DNA of 64,000 bases, taken from positions 5,584,111 through 5,648,110 of the forward strand of contig OZ199839.1 in assembly GCA_964304625.1 (NCBI GenBank), written 5' to 3'. Both the position numbers and the translations under genes were made by a program. Below the pieces are notes generated by a model that saw only the letters and a program-made list of their open reading frames with translations, made no database searches and was not told the origin of the DNA. The stretch is from Kudoa neothunni (taxonomy: Eukaryota > Animalia > Cnidaria). Positions 25,201 to 36,927 of this stretch are shown here, in pieces (position 1 is the first letter of the stretch; every line of letters starts with the position of its first letter).

Positions 25201-28200
25201 TAAAAACATTTCTGTATCATTACTTTAATTCGGTTCATGCTTATACAACTGATAATAGCAGTCTGTACTGCTAGCATCAATGGAAGATGGCTGTGGTTGT
25301 ATTATAAGAATATTCTTCTTGGATTTATCCGAAACTTCAAATTGAATAGATTGACCACCTATTATTTATTATTTAACACAAAATTTATTTTTACCTGTCG
25401 TTTTATTAGAAACAATTTTAATATCATAGGATCCACTAGGAACGATTTTGAGGTCATAGGTCGTGTCTGAGTAAAGCCCAACGATATTAAAAGCTGAGTT
25501 GCATGGTTTTACACATAACTCATTTTCTGAACAAATAGCAGGGTAATATAATTTTTCAGCTTCCCTGACGTATATAGTGCAGGTTTTTGTTCCTGAAAAT
25601 GTACTTTGAGCGATTGTAAATCCATTATTAGTAGCTGTAACTGAACCATCTTGAAGGGAAAGTTCATTATTTTGATCTAAAAAAAATATTATCAACAAAA
25701 TTTGATTATATAAAATACTCGCTTTGTGGTAAAAATATTTTCTGGGTGAATAATCTGGTATATTTGCTATAGTAACCATAACATCGTTAGGTAAATGATT
25801 TGGATCAGGCGTTATTTCTATTTCTCTGAATTCGCAAGTTGGTTGAGCACTCACAGATTTCCTTCCATTTCCAAAAACCAATGGAGCGTATGTATTCCAC
25901 GATTTCAATGTACATTGTACACCAGATTTAGTAGTAACAGCCCCATCGTCTTCATTTTTGTTACTACCAATAAGGTTGATCCTAATTTTGTTTTCTGGGG
26001 ATTTAACAGGAACATCGCTTCCTTGCTTCACTAAAAATTACGATATATTTATTAAATATTTTAAATATTACGTAGGTATATATTATTTTGATAACCAATC
26101 GAAGGTTTCATCCCTAGCTTTAGGACCCGTATTTTCACTGCCTGTACTGTTTCTGGTATACTTCCAAATTTATAACTGCTACACATACTATAAAAACAGT
26201 TGTTCTTATTCTCGCACACGTTTGAAAAAAAATTGTTTGAAGAGGATGATGTGGCATCAATCCATTCAAATGTGCACATTTCAGATGGCTCGTCATTAAC
26301 CAGTTGGACTGTTAATTCCTTCTTTTCATCATTGTTGTATAATTCGTAGTAAAATCTACTGAATATTGGTGCGTGGTTTTTAACAAACGTATTGTCGTAA
26401 AAATAATGAAAATCAAAATATTCTGGACAACTTATATAATAATCTTTAACCAGTTCGTCGAATGGAATAGAGTAACTCTTAAACGTACTTGGCGCACCAC
26501 CACATGCTTCTGGTGTCGGAGTTACCTCATTTCCGTCCGTATATGCTTTACAAGAAGACGGAAATTCATTCAAAGATAATTTAATCTTATCTGCATCCAA
26601 TTCAGCCGTGTGCGGTATTTCTTCGTACAAATCTAAAACAAAGTTAAACTTATCATTAAATTATTTAATACCCATATAGTAGGAATAAACTTTTCCAACC
26701 TTCAATTCCTTTTTTTCTCTCTGGCTTCCTGGTTTCGATGTTTGTTTTTCGCTTTGCTGGCCTCCAACTGGCCAATTTAGAGTTAGGATCAACATTGAAA
26801 AAATGTTTTCAATAATGTCGATTATTTCTGAAATTACCGCATCGACAACTTTATAATCTGGATAAGTGACGGAAATATACTTATATTTGTTTTGAATATC
26901 AATATTAATATCAAATTCTGTTGAAAGTTGGTTGCATTGTTTTGGAAACGGTTCACTGTCACCTCCCAAATCATCATAAGCAGTTAAGCCATCATTGGAT
27001 TTTTTGACAGTACATTGTTTATCATTTTTTCCATTAAGTTCATCGTCAAATTTAACCTTATATTTATTTTTTGATTTGTCGTAGTATAAAATCATACCCT
27101 GAGTATTTTTTTCGATATCAACTATAAAAATAAAGAGAATATCGCGAAATAAATAAATACATTCAAATTCTGTTTCCTTTGGTTTGTCTTTATCTTTATT
27201 CACAATAACAACGATATATTTGACGTCGGCATCAAGTTTAGCCCATGAAAATTCTAATTTGGTAGTCCCAGAATCAGTATTAATAGCGGGATTACAATCG
27301 CTATTCAAACAATCTATTAATGTTTGCTTTGATATTTCTTCCAACAGAATATAGCCCCATGATTTTCCGAAAGCTTCACTTCCACTTGACGCTTTTGTCA
27401 CTGTTATTGTAGTTTTCTTATCTGATTCATATTTGGTAGTGCCTAATGTAAATTCGACTCCACCAGCTATTTCTAACTGATTATTACGTAATTATTTAAA
27501 ATATTACTCGCTTTTATAGCTGTTTCAGTACACGTGTATCCTTTAGAACAAATGGTTATTTTGTAGTTGGTTTCTAGGTCAAGGTTAATAATTTCAAATC
27601 TCTCATTATAAGCTCCAGAACAAAATTTTTTATCACTGTTGTCCCTACATGTCGCAGGAAATTTTGAAGTCTCACTTTCTGTAGTTGAATAATACAGTTC
27701 ACATTTTTTGTCCTTAATATCACCACTGGAGAATAAACTATTAAGATTTAGAGTTAGTTTAGTATTATCGTCTGATCCAGCAGCCGGAGTGAGACTACTT
27801 GTCCCCGTTAATTCATCTCCTATTTAAATTATTAGAATATTCGAAAATTTGATATTATTTTTAGTTTTGAAATAAATATAGCAATGATAATATTTAACTT
27901 TTGGTGAATCTACGGTTGTATGCCCAGTTATTTTAATCTTTAAAATATATTCTGTTAGCGGCTCAAGCGAACTTATATTTATTGTTCCGAATGTCTTGCA
28001 CTTTTTAGTGCGTGTAAGATCTTTGCCATTACTTTCAACTCCAGGATATTTTTCAATTAATTTAAATTCTGTTATTTTTGCTCCATTTCCTGCAACACTT
28101 CTATTCTCATTTAAATTAGTAAATTAACAGTAGCATCGGTCTTTTCAGTTGAAGTGATAGTTGCTTGATTAGCAGAATTAACTGTGGAATAGATTAAAAT

Positions 28201-29246
28201 AAAATGAATTAGTTAGAACTTACATGTTACGATTTGAATGAACTCTTTCGAAATAGTCGTTTCATACGGTTTCACAAGTACTTGGGCATAATCCAAGGTT
28301 GAATCGTGAAATAAAGTTGCTTTGTAGCAAGGCTGGAGACATGGCCCAGCTTTATTCATAACTGAGCAATTTGAGGAAAAGTGAACTTCATTAATATCTT
28401 TTATTCCAAAGTAACATAACTGAGATGGTTTTGGATTTTGGAGTGTAATTATATAATAGTTATCACTTTTGGAGCCAGATGCTATAAACCAATCTACGTC
28501 GGGTTTTTGTGGATTTAATAATATTTCTGGTGACCGATCGAGGAATTCAACAACATAATTAGGTTTATATGATTTAGTATAAAGTGTAACAGATTCTTCT
28601 GTATAAAAACCCTTATCCGGCGAATGTTTAGATTTTTCGACAGAGTTCCCTTTAACACTCAGTCCTCCATTGACTTGAGTTTTTACAGTGACATAAAATA
28701 TATTATTCTCCTTCGTGGCCATAATCACGCTTTTTAGATAAAGATCTATTACATTATATTTTAAAAATATAACATTCTAACCTCATACCTTTGATCGTGA
28801 AAGTCTTTTTAATAGGACATCTTTTGACATTATTAACATCATTTCCTTGACACCACTTTAAAAATTTAACACCTTTCAATTCTTGGCCGCTAGGCTTTAA
28901 TTCTAATCTTTTGCAGTCAAAAATGCACATCTTTGCAATTGTGTCCATGTTCGCACGAGTTATATCACCGCATGTAGAGATGGTGCCGACGGGTGCATTT
29001 GTATGACCATAATATTGAAGTGCACATTTCTTGTAACTATTTTCAATATCATACCCTGAAAGTGAGATAATATATGTGTTTTGCTGGGTTGAATATCTCG
29101 ATATCATAATATTATTATCGATATTAATTGCAAGAACATGCCTTTCACATACTACAGATAATGATAAAAATTATTAATTAAAGCTTAAATTACAAATTAA
29201 AAATAGAAGAAATATTGATGAGACAAATCTAAGATTTATCTCCATA
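22300..29246 (-). CDS. Uncharacterised large type I membrane protein with tandem Cys-rich FN3-like modules (~2000 aa, many exons)
   Basis: ATG at 29246 gives the signal peptide MEINLRFVSSIFLLFLILCERHVLA across a ~40-nt intron. Successive exons of ~300 nt are joined mainly by phase-1 introns. FN3-type motifs include ISSLEPLTEYILKI, IINLDLETNYKI, IVGLYSDTTYDLKI, ITNLEAGINYVVSV and IINLTLGETYDVFV. A TM helix IPIVASLFVVIGLVFY followed by RK lies at ~22400-22460. The 3' end is approximate. Confidence 0.8.
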
Positions 29247-29899
29247 ATTATCATTTTCCGTATCGCGAATTAACGAAGAATATGTGTTTTATATATTACT
29301 TTAAATAGATTAATACATTGGATTAGATATTTATTGGTTCCTATTCAATTCTTTAAACTGAAACTCGGAAGTTTCGTGAAAATAATAACCATTCATAAAT
29401 TAACTTCTTTCATGAATGGATATTGATTTTATTATCTCTCTCCGTTATTATTTTAAATTTTCTTTTTTATTATTACAAAAAAATTCTTAAAAAAATCGGA
29501 GTTAATTTCTAGTAATCGTGAAGGAAATAATTTTTATTTTTAGTTAATACATCAAAACAATAATATTGCTAACATATATATATATATATATATATATAAT
29601 GTAACATCAAATTTCGACCATGGTTCATTCTAGAAACGTGTTTGTACTCCGAATAATTTTTCCAATGCAAAATAATTAAAATTGGTATAATCTGTTATCG
29701 CGCATCAAAAAAATTATTTTTATTCTTATTTATGTAAGCAGAAATTATATCTTTAATTATAAAACAGAATAAAAAATGAATATATATATATTTAGCTATT
29801 ATGCGTTAAATTCAACGGGCCTCTGTGGAACAAAGGAAAAAAGGTTACTCTTTCGATAAGAGGTGCATGATTTGATTGAGAGATGTTTCAAAAATATTT

Positions 29900-30430
29900 T
29901 TAATCCAGTTGGATATTCTTCTGAGCTACCCTTTCTATTTTTGTTGTTAGAAATATGATGACTGTTTTTCCTTGGTGTTAGAAATTCTCTAAAGAATTGT
30001 TTAACCGAATCGTTAAAAATTTCGACTGTTCCATTCAGCAACACTGTATCCTTGTAATACATAGTCTCAAAAAACCTCATTTAATCTCACCCAGAACACA
30101 CTTTTTATGATTGAACTTCATCTTCTTCCTTAACCCTTCCAGATGAATTTTTTTAAACAAATTCTTTTGCTACTTATGTCGTAAATGTAGCAGCTCACTA
30201 GTAATTATTTCGGCCTAATGATCCCCACTAACTCCTCGATGTCGTCATTTTTTACTTGTCTTCTCGTAATTATTCCCGTAGAAAATAATATTTCAACGAG
30301 ATAATTTTAAGTGATGGGAGTATCTGAAACTCTTTCAAAGTAACGTTCTGTTATACACTCCGACCTTTGTTGTATGCATGCTAAAATCAAGGTTCGGAAC
30401 GTCACCTGACTCCAAGCAGTGCCAATAAGA
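29900..30430 (-). mobile_element. Possible highly decayed LTR-retrotransposon reverse transcriptase remnant
   Basis: The region is richer in GC than its flanks, and broken frames include DDI and LEGLRKKMKFNHKKCVLG, resembling the RT 'lklnxxKCxf' motif. Weak. Confidence 0.3.
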
Positions 30431-32581
30431 TAAACTCAATTTAAATGGAAAAATTTTCTTCAAAATAAATCCATCAAATATTCTTTAAATAAACAAGTTG
30501 GGCAAGAACGATGTCCCTTATTACCCTTAGTAATTCTTATTTATAGTCGATTAGTAACTTATTTTTCAGAATTACTTTAATTGATTATTTATGGCCCATA
30601 ATCACCTCTGCTAAATACCAAAAATAATAAAATACAATCAATAAAATGGGTGGCCAGTTTTTCGTAGTCATCTCGTTCGTACTTTTCAAAAAAAGATTTG
30701 TTTTATTAATTTTTTAAAAAGATACATAATATTATTTTATAATGGAAAGCATCAAATGAATGAAAAAAAATTGAATTATAATTAATCGTGATTAGTTTGT
30801 ACTCGTTTTTCGTAATAATAGAAAAATGAGCGATGAAAAGATCAGTTAATACAAGGCATATATGAGAGAAGTATTAAATAATCATCAAAACGTGATTTTA
30901 TATACGTTTAGAGCAATGACTACTACCGATCACCACTTTAAGTTATCTATTTTTTTAACTAACAGTACGGAATAATCAATATTCCAAAATTCCTTCATTC
31001 GAAAATGATATACATTATATTTTAAAGGTTCTAAAAAATTAAAAATGATTAACTATTTAAACTAAAATAATACAAGTTTTATTAATAATGTTTGTTTTAA
31101 TATTTGACTATAAAATAGGAAGTGGCTATATCTCAGGGAATGAATATCTCTAAAACTACTGTATATATTTTATTAATACTTATTTATTATATACTAACTT
31201 ATTTTTCTATATGTTATGGACAGATTTGAAGAATATTAAATTTTTAGTAGTACAATTACCCTGAGTCCATCAATAATCTAGTGTAATCATCATATAATTT
31301 TAATTACTTCGATAAATAAAGCAGTATCCCCCTTTTAGATTTGTCTACATTAATAATTAATTTTTCGCTTGGAAGTTACATTGGCTTCCATAGTATTCTT
31401 TCGGGTTGGAATGTTAAAAGATGAGTTTTAGCACATTTATATTTGGAATATGTTTTGTTCCCTTCGAGGATCTTTGTATTGGCATAATAAGATGTGAATT
31501 ATTAAGTTTTGATTGTCACAAACATTATCCTTCATTTCTAAAAGTTGTGTATTCATCGGTGGATAAAGTCTAATGGAAAGAGGTTTTTAACATGGTTTAT
31601 AAAATAGAAAATAACCAACAAACTCTTTTAACTATTATTGACAGTAAAAAAATGTGAAATCAAAATAAATTCAGACAAAACTTACAATAAAACCAAGTTT
31701 ATCGATGGTGATAGTTAATAAACTTATGAATTTTGTGAGGAACTTTTTAGTAATAATAATAATGATAATAATCTATAAGGTGTATTATTCTACCGGGTAG
31801 AATAACTAAGACTCATGATGACGTTTTTATCGTTCGTTTCCTCAATAAATGTGATGATTTGTTGGCGAGTGAAATATTTACAATATAATATAGCTGAAGA
31901 TATATGTGACAATAAAGAAAAAAGAAATGTTTTATGGCGTAATTTCCGATAATGAGAATTAGGAGACCCCTGTTGATTTAATATGGATCTCATCTAATAA
32001 AATCACGAAGTTTGGTACAAATAATGAATTGAAATCTCATAAGGAACAATTAAATAATAACGATAGAGCTGAAAATAGCATAGAACAGCCACTATTAAAA
32101 GATAACGTTAAAATATTATTATTGTTGTTGGATTATTAAACCTCGGAGTTTCACGGAAATTAGTGTCAATGGAACGTCAGGAGGAAGTCATATATCAACA
32201 ATTGGGGATATAAGATATACAAAAATACTATATTATATCAATAAACCGACAACTTAAATATCAAACATGAAATTTACTTTATGCATATGAAAACTGTTAA
32301 ATTTTATGATTTCTACCTCGCATGTTCACTCATCATACGTCCCATTTCAGTTAGAAATACAATATGATAAAAATATTATTAAAATTATTTGTGTTTAAAA
32401 ATGAAAAATTTTAAATTTATCCAAATTTTTATAAATATAAGATAATTATGCTATTTTATTGATACACCTAGGGTGGTTACGGTTACATTACTAAAAATTT
32501 ATTATTACTCAAATTTTTCCAAAACCTACAGAAAATTAAGTTTTTAAAATATGAGATAATATATATAAATATTAATAAAAT

Positions 32582-35500
32582 ATGTGCAGTAGTTTTGGAG
32601 ATATTTATTCCCTGAGATATAACCAGTACCTAATTAAAATTTGGTCTATTTGCCACAATGAATATTTTCGTTTCAACAAAAAAAATAAACGAGTTACTGA
32701 TTCTAAATTATTTCAGAGGTTAACTAAAATTTGTTTGCATTTTAATCGATCTCACACATGCGCAATCATTAACATTAAAAAATGACTGGAAGAACATTAC
32801 TTTCTACTATAGGCGCAATGAAAAAATGTGAATTTGTCAGTAAAATTATTAATCTCAAAAAAAAGTCAAATGGAAGTTTCAAGTTAATTTTGGATATAAA
32901 TAAAAGTGGAATAAATCGAAAAAAAAGTTATCTGGACAACTTTCATAGAATTTTAGCTGAAACATTATCTTTATATCATCAGCAAGTGAGTTGTTTGATT
33001 GATTTTGAAACAAAGATGGAACTGACCACACAAACTGAGTTGTTTTCTGCTGTGAATGAGGATTGTGTTGGAAGTGGGATGAAAGCACTTCGATATAGAG
33101 TGGAGAACGATTGTTTAACGCATAAAAAAATCGCTGTCGGTGGTACATTTGATCGGTTTCATTACGGTCATTTGTTGTTGCTGACCACGGCGTGTGTATT
33201 ATGTGAGGACACTGTTCACATTGGGATCACATCGGACCAATACATTAAAGACAAATATCTGAGCGAGATAATCGAGCCTTACAACGTGAGGAAACAGAAA
33301 GTGGAAGATTTTGTCAGCCGATTTCCGGGTAGTTGCAAGTTGCATGCGTGTTATATTCTAATAACTCGACGTTAAGTGAACTACATAATACAACCATTGA
33401 GTGATTCTGCTGGTGTTGCTGGCAGTTGTTCTGAATTAACAGCGTTGGTGTTGACCTCTGAAACCGAACACAGTATCGAACTGATAGAATCTTTGCGAAA
33501 ATCCAACAATCTACCTCCTCTTTCTTATTACATTATTGACAATATTATTGCACCCAACAAATCATTGACTGAAATAAGTCAGATGGACAAGCTAAGCAGT
33601 TCATTGTTGAGATTTAACGATTTGGGGAAATTAATCAAACCACCCACCATACCTCGTACATATGATGGAATGGTGTTGAAGGATGGGGACATCAAAAATG
33701 GTGTCCCTTATTTGATTGGTGTTACTGGATGTATAGCCAGTGGGAAATCGAGTGTTTGTAAGCGGTTTCAACGAACAGCCCAAAATTTGGGTGGATGGTC
33801 AATTTCTGTTATCGATTGCGATATGCTCGCCCACAAATCCTATCAATTTGGCAAACCATGTTACTACGAGTTGTTAGAGTGTTTCTCGGATGATGCCAAT
33901 GTAATTGAGTGTTACAGTTGGCATTATTTCAACAACTCTTTAGAATATTATCAACCCACAAACAAGAGAGATTGATCGCCCTGCGTTGGGTCGAATTATT
34001 TTCAACGATAGTGATAAACGTGAATTGTTAAATAAAATCGTGTGGAAATATGTTTTGCAAATGATGTTGGAGGAGATCCAAACTTGTGGATCACAAATTT
34101 GTTTAGTGGAGGCAGCATTTATGTTGGAGGCAGGAAGAGAATCATTTTTCAACGAGGTGAGTATATTTTGTCTACTACTGATAATTAATGCTTCCAGTTT
34201 TAATGATTTAAATTTGAAACCTTCGTTTGATACGAGAATTGATCCGTTAATTAATGATTAGCGATAAACTAGAATTTAATAAGATTTTTACTGTTAAATG
34301 TTTTTGTTTATTGTCATTTTTGTTAATTACATTTTATAATTTTTAATGTTAATGAGTTTGTACAGCTAATTCATTAAAAATACTGTTGTTTAATGTGTCG
34401 TTAAAATTCGGAATAATTAATATTAATTTTTGGATTAATTAATGCAACTAAAAACTACATTCTTTAAGACTTTTGATCCATTTTAAATTTTATGGATTAA
34501 TATATCCTCGCAAGCGTATTAGTTTTTACTTTTGTTATGGTTTCTGCGAGTCATCATCTTCGAATGAAATAATCTCACCAAATTATGCTTACTTTATTTA
34601 AGTAAATTGTTGTTGTAAATTTTCTTAATTAAAAATGTTGTGTTATATTTCAATGTAATGATTTTTATTATTATGGGACATAATTGCAAGAATTTAACAT
34701 CTGCGCGCGATTAATTTAATTAACTAAATTAATTACTTAAAATAATTTTATGTTATAGTTAAATATATATTAATAAGAGTATCGAATTAAATTATAGTAA
34801 AATTTTTAACTATAAATCATTCAAATGCATCCTATCTTCTGTTTATTTAATAGTTATTTTAAATAAACAGAAGAAAAATACACTGCTATTGTTGATATGG
34901 GTAAATTTAATTACTTTATTTTTAATTCAAAACTCTAATCATTTTTTGGTTGATTTTGTCCATACGGTCAGAAATATTTATTTATTTATTTGACCATAAG
35001 GTTAACAATATTATTCAAAATAAAAAATCCAGAAGTTTCAATAATTTTTTAACATGTTTTCGTCATTTGCAATTTCAGGAGGGGAAATTAAATTATGAGG
35101 ACGAATCTTCGTACATCGTTCGAAAGCAGATCGAGAAGTTAGCAAAAATTTTGAATTTCTATCCATAACAAATATTTAAAGTCTCATCCGATGTCCCTTC
35201 TCTATCGTTACAATTACTCCCCTTTCACAGAGATTTTTCTGGAATGAGTCCTCTGATTGGTAATCATTAAAATTTGAGAATTCTCTATTAATTTTTCGAC
35301 ACCGTCGAACATATAGTTGAAATTCTTTTCGAGAATAAGCGTATATTACTGAAAATAAATAAAAACTAGATTTTATTAGACACGCAGTGCCGCCCCAGGC
35401 CTGACTATTCTGACTATTCTATTCTGACTATTCTATTCTGACTATTCTGAATATTTTGACTACTCTGACTACTGTTAATTTATTAATTTTCGTTAATCCA

Positions 35501-36874
35501 CTATCGGCGTGTTTAAAATCATATCATTTGTTTTTAATAATTAGAATATAAATAATTACTATTTAAACCTATAAATAAACAATTAAGAGATTAATAAGGT
35601 TGATTTAGTGATAACATTGTGTATTACATATATTTGCAATATTACTACATCATATTTCAATTTTTTCGCTATTCTGAAACTTTCAAACATTATACAGGTA
35701 TTAAAAAAATTCGTAAATCCTGTGCAGACAGACTTGTAATGAAAAATATAATATTAAAGAATTCGATATTCGATATATCCCACGTTTAGTACGTAGAGTT
35801 AGTTCAGCTTCTCATAATTTGTTCACAATAAACTCTCTATAATGCGTATGCGTAGGTTTTGAGGGCTATAAAAAATTACTAAAATCTAAATGCGGGCGCA
35901 CAATTGATACAAATAATAATTTTACAAAAAATATTCGTTAACTTTTTTACATTTTACCCAAATTTAAACTATCTAAATTGATTTCGGATTAATATATTAT
36001 CATTATAATGTTAAAATTATCAAAAATACGCTAAAATATAACTAATTTCGCAGTATCACATCAACATTATACTATACTATACTTAATGTTTCTTTTTCGT
36101 ATATGGACTAATTTAATATAGTTTACAACTTTTTGTCATAATTAATTTTAAATAGTTGTTATTTTTCAAACCGTATTATGGCAGAATTAACAAGGAATTA
36201 ATTTTAATCCGTATATATTAGTTTCGTGTTATTTTGATATACGTGTTTCTCTCCTATGCTACAACCTAACATTTGAATTTCATATACAACAACCAGTGTA
36301 AAAATTATTTTTGTTTGCTATAGAAAACTTGAACTTAGAGTTAGTACAACTGAGATTCGCGCGCATATTTTTATAAAAAAAATTAAATATTCGCCCAATA
36401 AACTCGGATTTGAATTTTATATTGCTAGGCATAATCTACAACATATATCACACCCATCCAAATAACTAGCTGAGGCTAATCTCACGACAAAATAACTATT
36501 ATTATCTACTATATAAATCTAACCGAAAATAATTAAATATAATATCTATCGATTTTTATTAATATCAATCATCCAAACAAACAAACAAACAAACGGTCAA
36601 GTCACATTTCAACTTTATTTATATCAATCTGAACAAATATTTATAGATTTGGGTCACGTGGTGAAGCGAAAAAGAAGCTATTGCTCGAATAACAGCCAGA
36701 AATAAAGACCTAACTGAGGAATTTGCTCGTAAAAAGTTTTTAGCATCCCAACTATTGATGACCAACCAACAGAAAATTCAACACGCTCACGTCCTCATCT
36801 CCACCATCCACACAGAGCAAATCACCGAGAAGATTATAGATAGGATTTATTTAGAGGCATCAGCCTATTTTTAA
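32582..36874 (+). CDS. COASY: Bifunctional coenzyme A synthase (PPAT + dephospho-CoA kinase)
   Basis: PPAT motifs AVGGTFDRFHYGHLLLL and KLSSS; DPCK motifs PYLIGVTGCIASGKSSV, IDCDMLAH, IDRPALGRIIF and LVEAAFMLEAG. A 2.5 kb intron (34157-36647) precedes the last exon IWVT..SEKEAIARI...HAHVLIST, which stops at 36872-36874. The start codon is uncertain. Confidence 0.93.
35402..35475. repeat. Short tandem repeat (CTGACTATT)n in the COASY intron
   Basis: Direct reading of ctgactattctgactattctattctgactattctattctgactattctga. Confidence 0.8.
36466..36625 (-). mobile_element. Possible mini-Helitron with (TTTG)n microsatellite
   Basis: The minus strand starts ATATAAATAAAGTTGAA...GTTTGTTTGTTTG and ends ...CTCAGCTAG-T, the layout of small microsatellite-bearing Helitrons. 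The 3' hairpin is weak and there is no clean 5' TC. Confidence 0.35.
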
Positions 36875-36905
36875 CGAAAATTGTTTTAAATATATTTTGT
36901 ATTTG

Positions 36906-36915
36906 TGCGCATGCG
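36906..36915. promoter_or_regulatory. NRF1/ewg-like motif just upstream of the RIC1 ATG
   Basis: TGCGCATGCG lies 12 nt before the ATG in an otherwise AT-rich gap. Confidence 0.45.
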
Positions 36916-36927
36916 TTGTAATTCGCT

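Noticed and set aside
27478-27512. Non-canonical GC-AG intron in the surface-protein gene
   Set aside because: A canonical GTAATA donor four nt away, with the downstream TTAG acceptor, keeps the frame in phase 1.
17194-36665. Alternative genetic code or stop-codon reassignment suggested by scattered in-frame TAA/TGA
   Set aside because: Host genes here end on TAA, TAG and TGA normally. Long exons are otherwise stop-free, and most disruptions are +/-1 homopolymer slips.
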